Assembly (NCBI RefSeq): GCF_006345805.1
Contig: NC_042997.1
Coordinates: 182,404,001 to 182,468,000, forward strand
Length of the DNA stretch: 64,000 bases
Reading direction: 5' to 3'
From: Octopus sinensis
Taxonomy: Eukaryota
Shown: one piece after another, positions 39,301-49,884 of the stretch
How positions within the stretch are numbered: the stretch's first letter is position 1
Layout: the number at the start of each line of letters is the position of its first letter
Position numbers and translations under genes: made by a program
Notes under the pieces: generated by a model
The model's input: the letters and a program-made list of their open reading frames with translations, nothing else
What the model was told of the DNA's origin: nothing
Databases searched by the model: none

Positions 39301-42300
39301 CCAAAACAACTAGGACATTAGCAAGGAGAGCATGTCTTTGTTTAACAATTGTATGTTTCTTTTCATCACTTACACATAATATAAGAACTTAGTCTTGAAA
39401 AACTATCTGTACATGGAATCAATTTTAATATCTCTTTATCTGAAGAAAAACTTATCCTTTTGAAATCAGACAATTTTCTGAGTAGACAAAAGCCTTCAGA
39501 AACAACAGAATGAGTTCCTTCTGTGTCATTCAACACATGATTTTCTAAGTGTTAAAAATACATAAATTCAACAGGATTATATTTGAACCAAATATATGAA
39601 TTTTAAAGTTTAATACTTCTCCCATTGTTGGATCATCAGCTCTGTAGGCATCTAGTTTTTGTTGAACCATTTGAGCAAACTCAGCATTTTTGTCATAGTC
39701 CCTAAGAAAGAAGATTAAAATGCAATTTGAATTTTAAAATTAAAACAGAATTTAAAAAAATATATTTTTGATGCACATATAATATTAGTTCCGCTTCCCA
39801 TAGGGACAATCAAATTGTTATAAATGAATTAAACTTACGATCGATATCGAACAGAAGGATATTCACCAAGTGTGGCACAGAGAGTTGCAATTTGTTCTGC
39901 ACATCTCTCTAAATTAGGAATGCTTCCTTGCATTCTTGAGGCATTATAGTATACTTGGAATGTATCAGGAGAGTCCAGAGAGAATATCTGAAAAACATTT
40001 CATGTCAGTTTTAAAATAAATATCTTATTTCAAACAAATTTATAAATATGAAATATGTTAAATAAGTGAATGTCTAATAACAATGGATAATTCAAAATCA
40101 AAAATAATATACATATATTTAATACTTTACCATTCTGTTACGAATTAGATTTTGCAAATATAGTTTTTTATATAGAGTATTCCTAATAACTAAACAGAGA
40201 AATTAGTCTAATCAAAAATCTAAATTTAAAACTACAATAAAAGTGAAATATATTTTTTAAAATATATATCAACCCCCCACCACCACCATTATAGGTGTCT
40301 ACTCTTTGAACCCCCCTCTTCAATACGCTATTTCACCATGCATTACCCCTCTTTCGATATCCTACGTTCTACTTGCCTAGAACCTGTCCTCTGAACCACC
40401 CCTCCCACTGGTGCTCCCCTATATTTCTGCACCCCCCCACCACCATTATAGGTGTCTACTCTTCAATACGCTATTTCACCATGCATTACCCCTCTCTCGA
40501 TATCCTACGTTCTACTTGCCTAGAACCTGTCCTCAGAACCACCCCTCCCACTGGTGCTCCCCTATATTTCTGCACCCCCCCACCACCATTATAGGTGTCT
40601 ACTCTTTGAACCCCCCTCTTCAATACGCTATTTCACCATGCATTACCCCTCTCTCGATTTCCTACGTTCTACTTGCCTAGAACCTGTCCTCTGAACCACC
40701 CCTCCCACTGGTGCTCCCCTATATTTCTGCACCCCCCCCATAAAAAGCACCATCCGAACGTGGCCGATGCCAGACCCCTCTGGCACCTGTGCAGGTGGCA
40801 CGTAAAAAACACCCACTACACTCGCGGAGTGGTTGGCGTTAGGAAGGGCATCCAGCTGTAGAAACACTGCCAGACTAGACTGGAGCCTGGGGCAGTCCCG
40901 AGCTCCCCAGACCGCGGTCGAAACCGTCCAACCCGTGCTAGCGCGGAAAACGGACGTTAAACGATGATGATGATGATGATGACTACATGTGTATGTATGT
41001 ATATGTGTGTATATATATATATACATATATATGTGTGTGTGTGTGTATGGCTGTCATCTATCCAGTGAGAGATGTATAGTAATCCCCCGACTATTGCAGA
41101 TGTTACGTTCCAAAACCCCCCACGATAGGTGAAAATCTACAAAGTAGAAACAGTACTGTATATTTTTTAAAATTATTTTTATAATTTGTATATATCTATA
41201 TATATAAAACTAGTTGTGTGAGTGTCTGTCTCCTACGATTTAGATTCCTAACTCCTCCCACATTTTGCGGTGTCGATGGCGGCGGAGTTGGCATCCACGC
41301 TCACACCTGCACCTGTGGGGAAGGGAGTGTAAGGAAATCAACGTCGTAATGCATTGTCAAGGAGACCAGCGTTCTTTTAGAACAACGACTTCATGGCTTG
41401 AAGACACCAAAACAGAAATGGCTAAGAAAGCGTCTACATGAGTCTACGATTTAAAAAAAAATTTACCATCGTTTTTTTTCCATTTTAATGCATTTTTTCG
41501 CTATTATATAAGGGAAGTAACTCTCTAAAAATGTCTACGATGAGTCAACGATTTAAAAAAAAAAATTACCATCATATTTTTTCATTTTTAATGCATTTTT
41601 TGCTATTTTTTGGCTATAACTCTCTAAAAATGCTTATATAGTTATTTCCCTTACAAACCTGAGCAACGCCGGGCGATACTGCTAGTTATATATAAATGTG
41701 AAGTTGTGTGTCTGTCTCCTACAATTTAGATTCCTAACTACTCCCACATTTTGCGGTGCAGTTTAACCAAAACCGGGTATCTTATAGTCGTGATTCATAT
41801 CGAGCCCTTCTGGGTATTAGCGCGCATCTATGATGAGTCTACGATTTTAAAAATAATTTACCATCGTTTTTTTCCATTTTAATGCATTTTTTCGCTATTA
41901 TATAAGGGAAGTAACTCTCTAAAAATGTCTACGATGAGTCAACGATTTAAAAAAAATTTACCATAATTTTTTTCCCATTTTTAACGTATTTTTTTGCTAT
42001 TTTTTGGCTATAACTCTCTAAAAATGCTTTATAGTTATTTCCCTTACAAACCCGAGCAACACCGGGCGATACTGCTAGTTTTATTATAAATGCAAAACAA
42101 CACCACAGAGGAATCAACGTAAGCTTAAATAATAAACTGTGATAGGTGAACCATGATATGGTGAGAGATTACTGTATGCAATTTTTAATACACAATCTAA
42201 GAAAGAGTTACTAATAGTTTCATGCTGTAAAGATATAATAATTTGGCAGATTTATATAACACGCCATGTATCTCCAAGCATTTGTTCAGGTTCAGTGTAT

Positions 42301-45300
42301 ACTGTTAAACCTATTTGAAAATCAGGACACTGGTCTATAAGAAAAAAAATGGGAAGGAAAATGCAAAGAAGATTGATGCAAAAAGTAGGATGAGGAGAAA
42401 AGTAAGATCTTTGTCTTCTTTTCCTGTAGAAATCATAATTAATCTAACTGGTGTAGCATAATATAATGGATAGAAGGCCAGAGTCTGTAAGAGGGTGGTA
42501 TCCTCCAGTTTAACAAAAGAAATTGTACATGTGCTTGCTTTTGCTAAAAGTTCTGGATCTGGAATTAAATAACGTGGTGGAATTCTTTCATCTAAAAAGA
42601 ATGTGCAATCTTTCAGCTACGCATAATTTGCATCTCTTCGATCCATTTATAAATGGTGTAGATTTCTCCACAATTTTCAATTTGATTGTATGTAGACCTT
42701 CTCAAACATGGATAGCCAACTTAGCAGCTTCATTTTTATCATAGTGTCCGAAAAAGGACTGAAGGTTAAAACTGCCTTCCCATAAACTGACATAATTTTT
42801 TACTCTTGATTATATTGTCTGAGAGAAATGCTGTAATTTCAGCCTCATAAACAACTGAGTTTATCAAACATGCTTGATCAAGAAGGCAAGCTTCAAGGTC
42901 TCAACAGTTACAACTGGGAGTGGGCTCTTGGTGTGACTAGCAAGTGATAATATTCTTTATATTAGGGCAGCAACAGTATAAAATTTTTAACAAGCATCTA
43001 TTAAAAATCTTCCTGTATTTGTGGTTTACTGGAAAATGCTTATTAAATAATGCCAGGAATTCTTCATGTATGTTAGTTTTAACATTTGAGGAGAAGGAGG
43101 GGACAAACTATATTATTTCCCTAAGAGTATTTTTAGGCTCCATATTTTTAACTGAAAAGTTATATATGATATTTTTGAAACTGCTGTTAGCTAGGGTATT
43201 GTTTTAGTATAGGGCTGCTTTATCAAATATGTGCTTTGAAAAGGATAGATTAGATATCCTATTGCTGATGTTGGCTATCAGGTTTTTAAACACTATGGTG
43301 GGAGTGCAGAAATGTTTATGTGTATATATATGAGTTTCTCATTGTTTGTGATAGGGTTTATAAGAGCAAGAGTTTAAGTCTAGGGAAACATCTAAGAAAT
43401 CAACTTTGGACATAAATAGATGCAGTAATTCTGAGGTGTAACTGACAAAAGTTTTTTCCTTAGTGCATCATTATCACAGTTGTTAGATATGCCCAAACCA
43501 CTGTCACAGTATAGGCCAAGTGTGTATTGGAAACTTTGATCCCAAAGTATTTAATATATAGAGACCTACACAATCACTGATGTTTGCAGTCATACGACCC
43601 TGTTGTTACATCTAATAGCTCACCTGTATCAGACTTTTTTTAACCCATACAGAGCCCTTACTGAGTAAAAGGGTTTTTCAAGCATTCACGATAAAGTTCA
43701 GGATTTGTAGTGAATATTGACATATCTTTTGGCAAACTTAATCACCTTATCCACTAATGATCTTGATATTGAGGGATAAAAATATACAATAGCAACCTGT
43801 AAATCTAGCTGTATTCTTAACCTTTAAATTCCTAAACCAATCTACCAGTGCTGTTATTTACCTACTGTTGTAATTTAGCAATCTCTTTAATTCTAATATT
43901 AATATTCCTTAGTAATTTTTAGCTACCAAACCCATTTCAGTTCTTGGTGGGTTCAAAAGTCTACACGTGTTCATTTTTCAGAAATTAGGTTTGTGATCTT
44001 TTAGAGTATTAAAAGTTTCACATTTTGCTAAGCACCCTAACCTATCATCAATTATATATTGTTCAGAGAAGAATTTTTGACTGATTTGGTAGACTACTTG
44101 AATATCTAAAAATTGTTAACCCAACTTCATGTTTATAATATATAAAGCCAGTATATACAATCAAGATTGACTGAATGAAATAGGAAAAGAAAAAAAAAAA
44201 CAACTGCAATAAATGGTTTTGTGTTTTTATGAATGGATAGGAATTGCCTAAAGTTAATCAATTGACTGATTAATTTCTAGACATGTAGACTATGTAGAAA
44301 GTATTTACTCTTACCTGTGATTCATATGGGAGAAAAGCTATATTTATTTCTTTTAGTGTTTTGATGAATTTTAAGGTGGTAGATTTGCTTATCTCTTTAA
44401 ATAATTCATCAGGACATGCTGCAAAAAAGTTTATAAAAAAAATTATCTTAGGAACGAATTCATTGGTAGCTCTTTAATTTGTTCACTTAGGATAGAATTC
44501 TAAATTAAATATTTTTAGTGAAACTAGCAAGATTAGAAAAGTATGAATTAAGAAATACAAAGCATATGAATGAGTATTTCCATCCTCATGATTGTTTGAG
44601 GACCCTTGACTCTGTTGCATCTTCATGCTCAATCCAGAATGAATAGGGTCAGTGTCCCTAAAGTTCACTTCCAAGTCAATTTACTGTGAGAGTTGACTCC
44701 CTTAACCTTTGCCTGCAATGGTGTCACATAAAAGTGCCTGCAACAGTGCCATGTAAAAAGCAACCAGTACACTCTGTACAGTGGATGGCATTAGAAAGGG
44801 CATCAAGCCATAGAAACCATGCCAAAACAAACAACTGGAGCCTGGGCAGCTCTCCAGCTCCTGTCAAACTGTCCAACCCATTGCCAGCATGGAATAGACA
44901 TTAAATGATGATGATGATGATACTTATCAGCTAGGAAACATAGGCAAACAGAGTTACAGGAGAAAATTTATTCTGCTTTATAATTAAAATTTGCTCCTAC
45001 AATATGTAAATTTCCAGTTTTCACATCTACCAACACTATCCAATCCCATGATAGCATGAAAGAAAAAAGACAGAGAAAAGGTTTGAAGATCAATCATTAT
45101 GTATTATCTTTTCATTTTGAATTTCTTTTACTTAAGAAATTTTCTCCCTTCTTTTACAGAGTGGCTCATTTTTTTAGTGGAAGAGTAGTCTCAACTGATA
45201 TATATATATACTAGAAAAACCTCTTTGATCTGAAAAACTATTTCCTGAAATTTGAAAATTCAGGAAATAAAAAAAGGCAGACAAAATTAAAAAAAAAAAG

Positions 45301-47050
45301 GGATTGCTCTGAGATTGAGGGATCTTTTTTTAAATGCAGATTTAAAAGCAATTATCAAGTTCACAAAGCTAAAAATAAAAAGTACTTTGAATTTCATTTT
45401 CAACAGCCTCAATTTCTTTTTAATGATCTCTCAATAATCAGTCATAAATTTGTATAATTATACACAAATATAATTTAGTATAATAGTAGCTATAATTTCT
45501 AAATAGGCTACAAATCTATTATAAGAAATAGGCTGAAAAGTAAATGAAGTCAAATCTGCAATAAAAAAAATATCTAAGTTCAATTATTTACCTTCAGAGA
45601 AGAATATGTGTGCACCCCGATACTGAGGGCTCTCAGGATTTTGGAAATCAGCCATTAAACTCTTGACAGACTTAAAGAAAAAAAATCAATATTTTAATGT
45701 TTAGTAAAAGAATAGATAGATTATATAGAAATAGAAGTATCTAAAAATGCTTTATGAATTGAGATACTGAAACAAACAAACAAAAAATACATCTATTTAC
45801 CTCCTTAATTGGGGTAATCAAATAAACTGCTTCAAGCAAAGGCAAAGGTTCTCGTCTCCTGTTTATATCCTCCACCACTGCAATAAAGAATCAAGGATTA
45901 AATTTAAAAAAAAAAAAAATTAATGTACCTTTTATTCATCTGAAATAAATTCAACTGAGTACTTAAAGTTACAAGTGCAAAAAACATAAACTTTATTTGA
46001 AATAATAGTCTGTAAAAGAAACTGCATTAAAATTATCAGTTTCAATGTCTTTATCTTAGGCTGTATGAATCAGTTATGATTCCAATGTAAGATCTTGAAT
46101 GTTCATCATCTAAAAAACTCATTTTTTTAATGATCTGATCTAATTCATCTCAACTTTTCAATGATTTATCTCTTTTTTTTTTTATTTCACTGCATCTCTT
46201 ATGTGTCCACAGTTTGCATTGAGCACACCATATGGAATTTCTACAAACAGCCTTTCTACATATCAAACAGGGCCATATTCCTGAAGGGAATTGAGAACCC
46301 TGTCTATTTCCCAGCTTAATAAAACTTTGGTCTCTCCTAAGTTAACTTTAAGATCTTTGACTTCAGGTTTAGCTTCTACAGTTTCAGCTATAAGAGTAAG
46401 ATCATCGATAGAGAAGAATTCTCAAGCGTAACCAGTCTTAAATTCCTTTTATAGCCTAGAGGACTATGAAAATTACAAGTGGACTGAGAACCTGGCCCTG
46501 AAGAACTTCTTGCAAACTAAATTTGTCACTGTCCTGGTTGCTCTCATTTCACTGACAGCTGTTCTGTACATGGCTTGGATGGCTCTAGCCAGCCCTAGCT
46601 TCCTCAGGGATCCCCAAATCCAGGAGCAAGATTTTTCCATGTTGACAAATGCCAAGTACTGTTGTTTACTTTTGGCTAAAATCTTCTGCAGTTGCCTCAC
46701 TAGAAAGAGAGCATCAGTAGAGTGTCTCCCTGGCACACAACTAAACTGCATCTCATCTAGGCTAACTCTGTAAGTAGTTAAGCTACAACCCTAGTCCAGC
46801 AACACCTATGTTTGTGCTTTGCTTTGATTTGATTAAAATCTGTTCATTTGTACTAAAAAAAAAACAAACATATCTTGAAATATTTTATTTGAACTGAAAT
46901 TAAGCAATAGTAACTCACGTGTAATTCCCTCAGACATGATCTCATGCATTTTGCAGCATGCTGATATCATTCTCATACTAAGCTGGTCAACAATAAGAAC
47001 TTTCCATTCTGCATTTTTCTTTACTGCCAATACAACATCATTCATAATTT
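4911..47050 (-). CDS. STXBP1: Neuronal Sec1/Munc18 (SM) protein, syntaxin-binding protein 1 / Rop / unc-18 orthologue; 15 coding exons in window, first coding exon absent (5' partial)
   Basis: Manual splicing of 15 GT-AG exons (132,77,79,104,149,85,131,108,208,139,110,114,86,155,65 nt = 1742 nt) gives one open frame from [27 protein letters not shown] to [18 protein letters not shown]. Diagnostic SM motifs present: [71 protein letters not shown]. Confidence 0.98.
5085..5239 (-). CDS. STXBP1: Munc18 exon: [51 protein letters not shown]
   Basis: ttttgtag|T ... CTGG|gtcagt, 155 nt. Confidence 0.98.
5472..5557 (-). CDS. STXBP1: Munc18 exon: [29 protein letters not shown]
   Basis: cattttag|GCA ... 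AG|gtaaat, 86 nt. Confidence 0.96.
5789..6046 (-). repeat. 3' LTR of Gypsy element
   Basis: Begins TGTTGTGG immediately after a polypurine tract, ends ACAACA. Confidence 0.85.
6599..7200 (-). pseudogene. Gypsy integrase remnant
   Basis: [20 protein letters not shown]...[18 protein letters not shown] rve core. Confidence 0.93.
8186..8903 (-). pseudogene. Gypsy gag remnant with Q-rich N-terminus
   Basis: ORF 8374-8850: [22 protein letters not shown]...[23 protein letters not shown]...[20 protein letters not shown], typical of animal Gypsy gag. Confidence 0.8.
8957..9188 (-). repeat. 5' LTR of Gypsy element
   Basis: Shares ttatgtccttctttgaa, aatgacttctacg and cagtttaggaca...gatttcacca blocks with 5789-6046; ends ACAACA before the PBS. 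Confidence 0.85.
9373..9577. repeat. 32-bp GC-rich minisatellite, about 6.3 copies
   Basis: Unit gggcctcatggaggcaaagtggccgagctcct starting at 9373, 9405, 9437, 9469, 9501, 9533 and 9565 (partial). Confidence 0.95.
10080..10193 (-). CDS. STXBP1: Munc18 exon: [38 protein letters not shown]
   Basis: tttttag|GGA ... GAG|gtatgc, 114 nt, phase 0 to phase 0; conserved TYQ.SRWTP motif. Confidence 0.96.
18543..18623 (-). CDS. Candidate alternative cassette exon of Munc18, 27 aa [27 protein letters not shown]
   Basis: tgttctttgcatgcaatacaacag|GGT ... CAG CAG|gtgagg; 81 nt, no stop in phase 0, which matches the phase of the host intron. No transcript evidence. Confidence 0.55.
19480..20680 (+). mobile_element. 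Cluster of degenerate SINE copies
   Basis: Repeated ...gactttgcctt(t)catcct...aaaataagtaccag... fragments, preceded by an (ATT)n tract at 19427-19468, then a (GAT)n-tailed SINE at 20476-20680. Confidence 0.75.
22626..22785 (+). mobile_element. SINE 3' part with (GAT)n tail
   Basis: gagtggttggcattagaaagggcatccagctgtagaaa...acccatgccagcatggaaagcagatgttaaacgacgatgat, recurrent in the window. Confidence 0.85.
28400..28960 (+). mobile_element. CR1/L2-group LINE reverse transcriptase remnant
   Basis: Translates to [12 protein letters not shown] (xHSYADDxT-like) and [12 protein letters not shown]; a related fragment lies at 59200-59350. Confidence 0.6.
29008..29089. repeat. 82-nt inverted repeat (34-bp arms, 14-nt loop)
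   Basis: 29008-29041 versus 29056-29089: 30 of 34 Watson-Crick pairs, the other 4 are transition differences. Confidence 0.92.
29690..29882 (+). mobile_element. Old SINE copy
   Basis: cagtacactctgtgaagtggttgctgttaggaagggc...acccatgccag...aaatgatgatgat. Confidence 0.7.
31026..31135 (-). CDS. STXBP1: Munc18 exon: [37 protein letters not shown]
   Basis: tttcag|GT ... GAT|gtgagt, 110 nt, ends in phase 0. Confidence 0.97.
31384..31522 (-). CDS. STXBP1: Munc18 exon: [46 protein letters not shown]
   Basis: actatag|GAT ... GGCG|gtactt, 139 nt. Confidence 0.96.
32487..32694 (-). CDS. STXBP1: Munc18 exon (domain 3a; equivalent to human exons 11-13 fused): [69 protein letters not shown]
   Basis: taatag|A ... 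CAG|gtttgt, 208 nt. Confidence 0.98.
33000..33400 (-). mobile_element. RTE-type LINE remnant
   Basis: Minus strand reads VFSVLL*G*TC, a decayed V.SVLLYG.ETW motif. Confidence 0.5.
34476..34583 (-). CDS. STXBP1: Munc18 exon: [36 protein letters not shown]
   Basis: tctctag|A ... CA|gtaagt, 108 nt. Confidence 0.97.
36577..37028 (+). mobile_element. Young SINE with an internal 61-bp unit amplified about 4.5 times
   Basis: cgtaaaagcacc at 36603, 36663, 36724, 36785 and 36847, followed by the normal SINE body and a (GAT)n tail. Confidence 0.92.
37658..37788 (-). CDS. STXBP1: Munc18 exon: [44 protein letters not shown]
   Basis: aatatag|GGT ... AA|gtaagt, 131 nt; hallmark SM motif. Confidence 0.98.
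38323..38665 (-). mobile_element. Near full-length young tRNA-derived SINE (5' head truncated)
   Basis: On the minus strand: B-box-like ggttcagtcc, CORE-like ttgggcaagtgtctt, short TA/CA seed, and (AAAAGAGT)n tail; many CpGs retained. Confidence 0.88.
39617..39701 (-). CDS. STXBP1: Munc18 exon: [28 protein letters not shown]
   Basis: ctttcttag|G ... GAA|gtatta, 85 nt. Confidence 0.96.
39839..39987 (-). CDS. STXBP1: Munc18 exon: [50 protein letters not shown]
   Basis: tttttcag|ATA ... TC|gtaagt, 149 nt. Confidence 0.97.
40273..40740. repeat. Three tandem copies of a 157-bp unit (second copy 14 nt shorter)
   Basis: attataggtgtctact at 40288, 40445 and 40588; the array runs directly into a SINE at 40741. 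Confidence 0.93.
40741..40981 (+). mobile_element. Young SINE with (GAT)n tail
   Basis: Same family as 36840-37028; CpG-rich. Confidence 0.9.
41195..41685 (+). mobile_element. Non-autonomous Helitron copy 1
   Basis: 5' TC after A; 3' subterminal hairpin cctg/cccg-agcaacgc-cggg and terminal CTAG followed by T. Confidence 0.8.
41686..42078 (+). mobile_element. Non-autonomous Helitron copy 2 (head-to-tail with copy 1)
   Basis: Shares the 5' block (gtctgtctcctac...tttagattcctaact) and the 3' end cccgagcaacaccgggcgatactgCTAG|t. Confidence 0.8.
42505..44075 (-). mobile_element. Penelope-like retroelement remnant (Naiad-like; RT plus C-terminal GIY-YIG endonuclease)
   Basis: Decayed motifs read across frames in the expected order: [49 protein letters not shown] (GLYRDDGL), [39 protein letters not shown]. 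Confidence 0.82.
44315..44418 (-). CDS. STXBP1: Munc18 exon: [35 protein letters not shown]
   Basis: ttttgcag|CA ... CAG|gtaaga, 104 nt. Confidence 0.97.
44683..44921 (+). mobile_element. SINE with (GAT)n tail
   Basis: Same family as 20476-20680 and 40741-40981. Confidence 0.8.
45592..45670 (-). CDS. STXBP1: Munc18 exon: [26 protein letters not shown]
   Basis: tttctttaag|TCT ... GAAG|gtaaat, 79 nt. Confidence 0.96.
45801..45877 (-). CDS. STXBP1: Munc18 exon: [26 protein letters not shown]
   Basis: ttgcag|TG ... GAG|gtaaat, 77 nt. Confidence 0.96.
46350..46790 (-). mobile_element. RTE-clade LINE reverse transcriptase remnant
   Basis: [21 protein letters not shown]...YLAFVNMEK...[13 protein letters not shown], and a decayed YADDL.LIAE near 46380. 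Confidence 0.85.
46919..47050 (-). CDS. STXBP1: Munc18 exon (equivalent to human exons 2+3 fused): [44 protein letters not shown]
   Basis: Acceptor tttcaag|AA, donor C|gtgagt, 132 nt, phase 1 to phase 1. Confidence 0.95.
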
Positions 47051-48820
47051 CTTGAAAGCAAAAGGAGAAAAAAAAAAAAAAGGATTAGCCCATTTATATT
47101 TCAATTTCAGATTAGAGAAATACAACTTTGATAAATGTTAATAAAATATAATTAAAAAAAAAAAATGTACATTGTTAAAAGACATATATTGATACACAAT
47201 TTCATTAACAACTTTTAACCCTTTAGCATTTAAATTAATCTGTCAAATGTAATGCGTATTTATTCATTGTTTTGAACTGATTATCTCATAGCTTTATGAT
47301 TTCAATGATGTCATTGTTTATCTTTAGAGTGATATAGTAAGGTAGGTGTGAGAGACTAGGTCTGGCCAATTTGAACATAAAAGAGATAGAACATTTGAGC
47401 CTGATAACGCCAGTTTAAAAGCATTAAAAGTCTTTTTAATTCATACATCTAAACAATGTCTAAATCAAGAGCATTATCATAACGCATGACTTAAATTCCT
47501 AACAGAGAATGTGTATTTTTTTTATTGACTGATTTTGCCGGATTCTTTGAGAAAACAGAATACATTACTGTAGTGATACCAAACCACAACATGATGTTCA
47601 ACTCAAATTTCAAAAGGATTTGGACTTGTAGGCACTTAGAAAAGAGGACATTTTTTTTAAATCTTGGTTCTAAAGTAATAAAATCATACAAAATGAAATC
47701 ATCTGAATTATCAATATTGAATCACTTTGTGTAAGTGTAATACATATTTTATGATTGCTTTTCTACTCCAGCATTGAGTGGATATGTCATCACAGTCTGA
47801 GACAGTTATTATTTGAAGTTACCACTCTCTTAGACAAGTCAAGAACCACACTTTACTTGTAACTTCCATTTTTGGCATGGTCTACATAGTTCAATTCCCT
47901 TCCTGGTGCTAACCACTTTAGTACTAGATATGTCCTATCTCTGGCAAAACTAAAGAGTCCTCTCTCCCCTATATTTTCTCTATTCATCCAAGACAATATT
48001 AACTGAGAGAGCAAATTAGAGAGTGATGAATGAAAAGCAGGAGAAAGTAATAAAAGAGAGAGTATGATGTGAGAAATAGTAACAAAAGTGAAAGAGAGTG
48101 TTAAAGGAAAGAGGTATGGAAAAGAGCGAGAGTTATAAACAGCTACATTTAAGTTGTTGGTAAGGAGATTGAATAGAAAACAAGAGTAGTGGAAAAAGAA
48201 GCTGTGGCAGGTCAAGAGTGATAGCAAGTAATAAAAATAAGATGATTTTATGAGACTGAATATAGAGTCAAAGTCCTCCATTGATACATTAATGTCATGG
48301 GGAGAAGTAAAGCAATAAAAGGGGATATGGGGGAAGATTAAATTCAGAGGAATTCAATACTATCCTTAATTACACAGACAGCATGGTACAATGAGAGAGA
48401 AGAGATGGAGACATAAGATGAACATAATGGGCAAAAGAACACCAGCAGCATTTATAAGTCTGTTTTACCATGCTTGCATAGGTTGGTGGGTCTTCTTCAG
48501 CACTCTGTCCTTTATCATCTTTGTCAAGTTAGAACTTTAGAAATCACTCTACACTATCTTGTCCCATGTCTTCTTAAGTGTCCCTTTTCCATAGATTCCG
48601 TCTGCCTCAAGCACTCAACTCTTTATACAATTAAGATTCTCCTTATAATATCAGAAGCCCATAAAAACAGTCTTCTCTTTTGTACACTACAAATACTCTT
48701 CAAGTATTATTTTTCTTTCAGCTCATTTGCATATATTATTCATGCACACTAAAATTGAACTTCCAGTGAAGTATGTACCAGTAGAATACACACATACACA
48801 CACACACACACACATATATA

Positions 48821-49873
48821 CAGAGTGTCCAGAAACTAAGGTAACTAAGTTTCAGGCTTTAATAAACTATCAATAAGTGTGATAATATATGAAAATTGTA
48901 CATCATTATAAAATTTTAGTGTATCTTCTTTTTGTTTCATATGAAATAAATTCAGAATTATAAATTAGATAATGGCTACAGACTGAAGCACAATCATAAC
49001 CCTCTGCAAAGGAGGCAAAAGTAATACAGCTATAGCTAAAAGGCATAAAATTAACCAAACAATAGTCTGGAAAATTGTCAAGAAATTTCAGAAGACTGGT
49101 TCCAGTGCTGATCATCCTGGACATGGTTGAAAAAGAAGTGTGCAAACCACTCAGCTTATCAAAAGTACCAGAGAAAAGATACAGCAAAATCCTCCTCATC
49201 CCATCAGAAATCTGACTGCCATAGCAAAGATAAGCTGAACATTGATGTATTGGGTGCTGAAGGAGAAACTCAGGACCCACTTCTAAAAGATAACCCACTG
49301 TCATGAAAAAAAAGCAAGTTTATAAGGCCATGAGACTGGAGAGAAGTTATCCTGTGTCAGATTGCTGAAGGCATGCTGACCAACCTGGTGTTCACTGATG
49401 AAAAGAAATTTGACATTGAACAGACAGTAAACCACCAGAATGACTGACTTTGGAGTATATCTGGTTCCACCGAGAGAAGACTCATAAACTGATGTCAAAA
49501 TCTACAGTTGTTTTATGGTTTAGGTGGCTGTGACAGCCACTGGAATATCTCCCCTCATCGTTGTGCCCTCAGTTGTTACAATACATTAGGAACATTCTGA
49601 AAGCTGAACCACTTCCATGGACAAATAAGCACTTCCAAGGCACACCTTGGGGCCTCCAACAAAACTCAGCACTATCCCACAGCTTCAAACAGACACAACA
49701 TTGGATTAAAAAAAGCATTCCATCGTTCATAAGCAAGGACGGTTGGCCCTCAAGAAGTCCTGATCTCAACCCATTGGATTTTTCTGTTGGGTCCATTTTG
49801 GAGACAAGGGTCTTGAGCACTTCTCATGCTTCACTCAACACTTTGAAGGTAAAACTGCACCAGCAATGGGCTT
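48821..49873 (+). mobile_element. Tc1/mariner DD37D (maT) transposon remnant, 3' truncated
   Basis: TA|CAGAGTGTCC start; HTH region (TIVWKIVKKFQKTGSSADHPGHG); VFTDEKKF; QQNSALSH then WPSRSPDLNPLD with 37 residues between the second (mutated to N) and third catalytic positions. Confidence 0.88.
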
Positions 49874-49884
49874 GAGGATCTTCC

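Larger units (their letters stand above)
41077..42174. mobile_element. pogo/Tigger-like MITE interrupted by Helitron insertions
   Basis: TA|tagtaatccccc ... gagagattactg|TA termini (degenerate CAGTAATC TIRs with TA target duplication). Confidence 0.7.

Noticed and set aside
47853-48281. 142-aa hydrophobic ORF
   Set aside because: Low-complexity purine/pyrimidine-biased sequence with L/F/S bias and no family motif.
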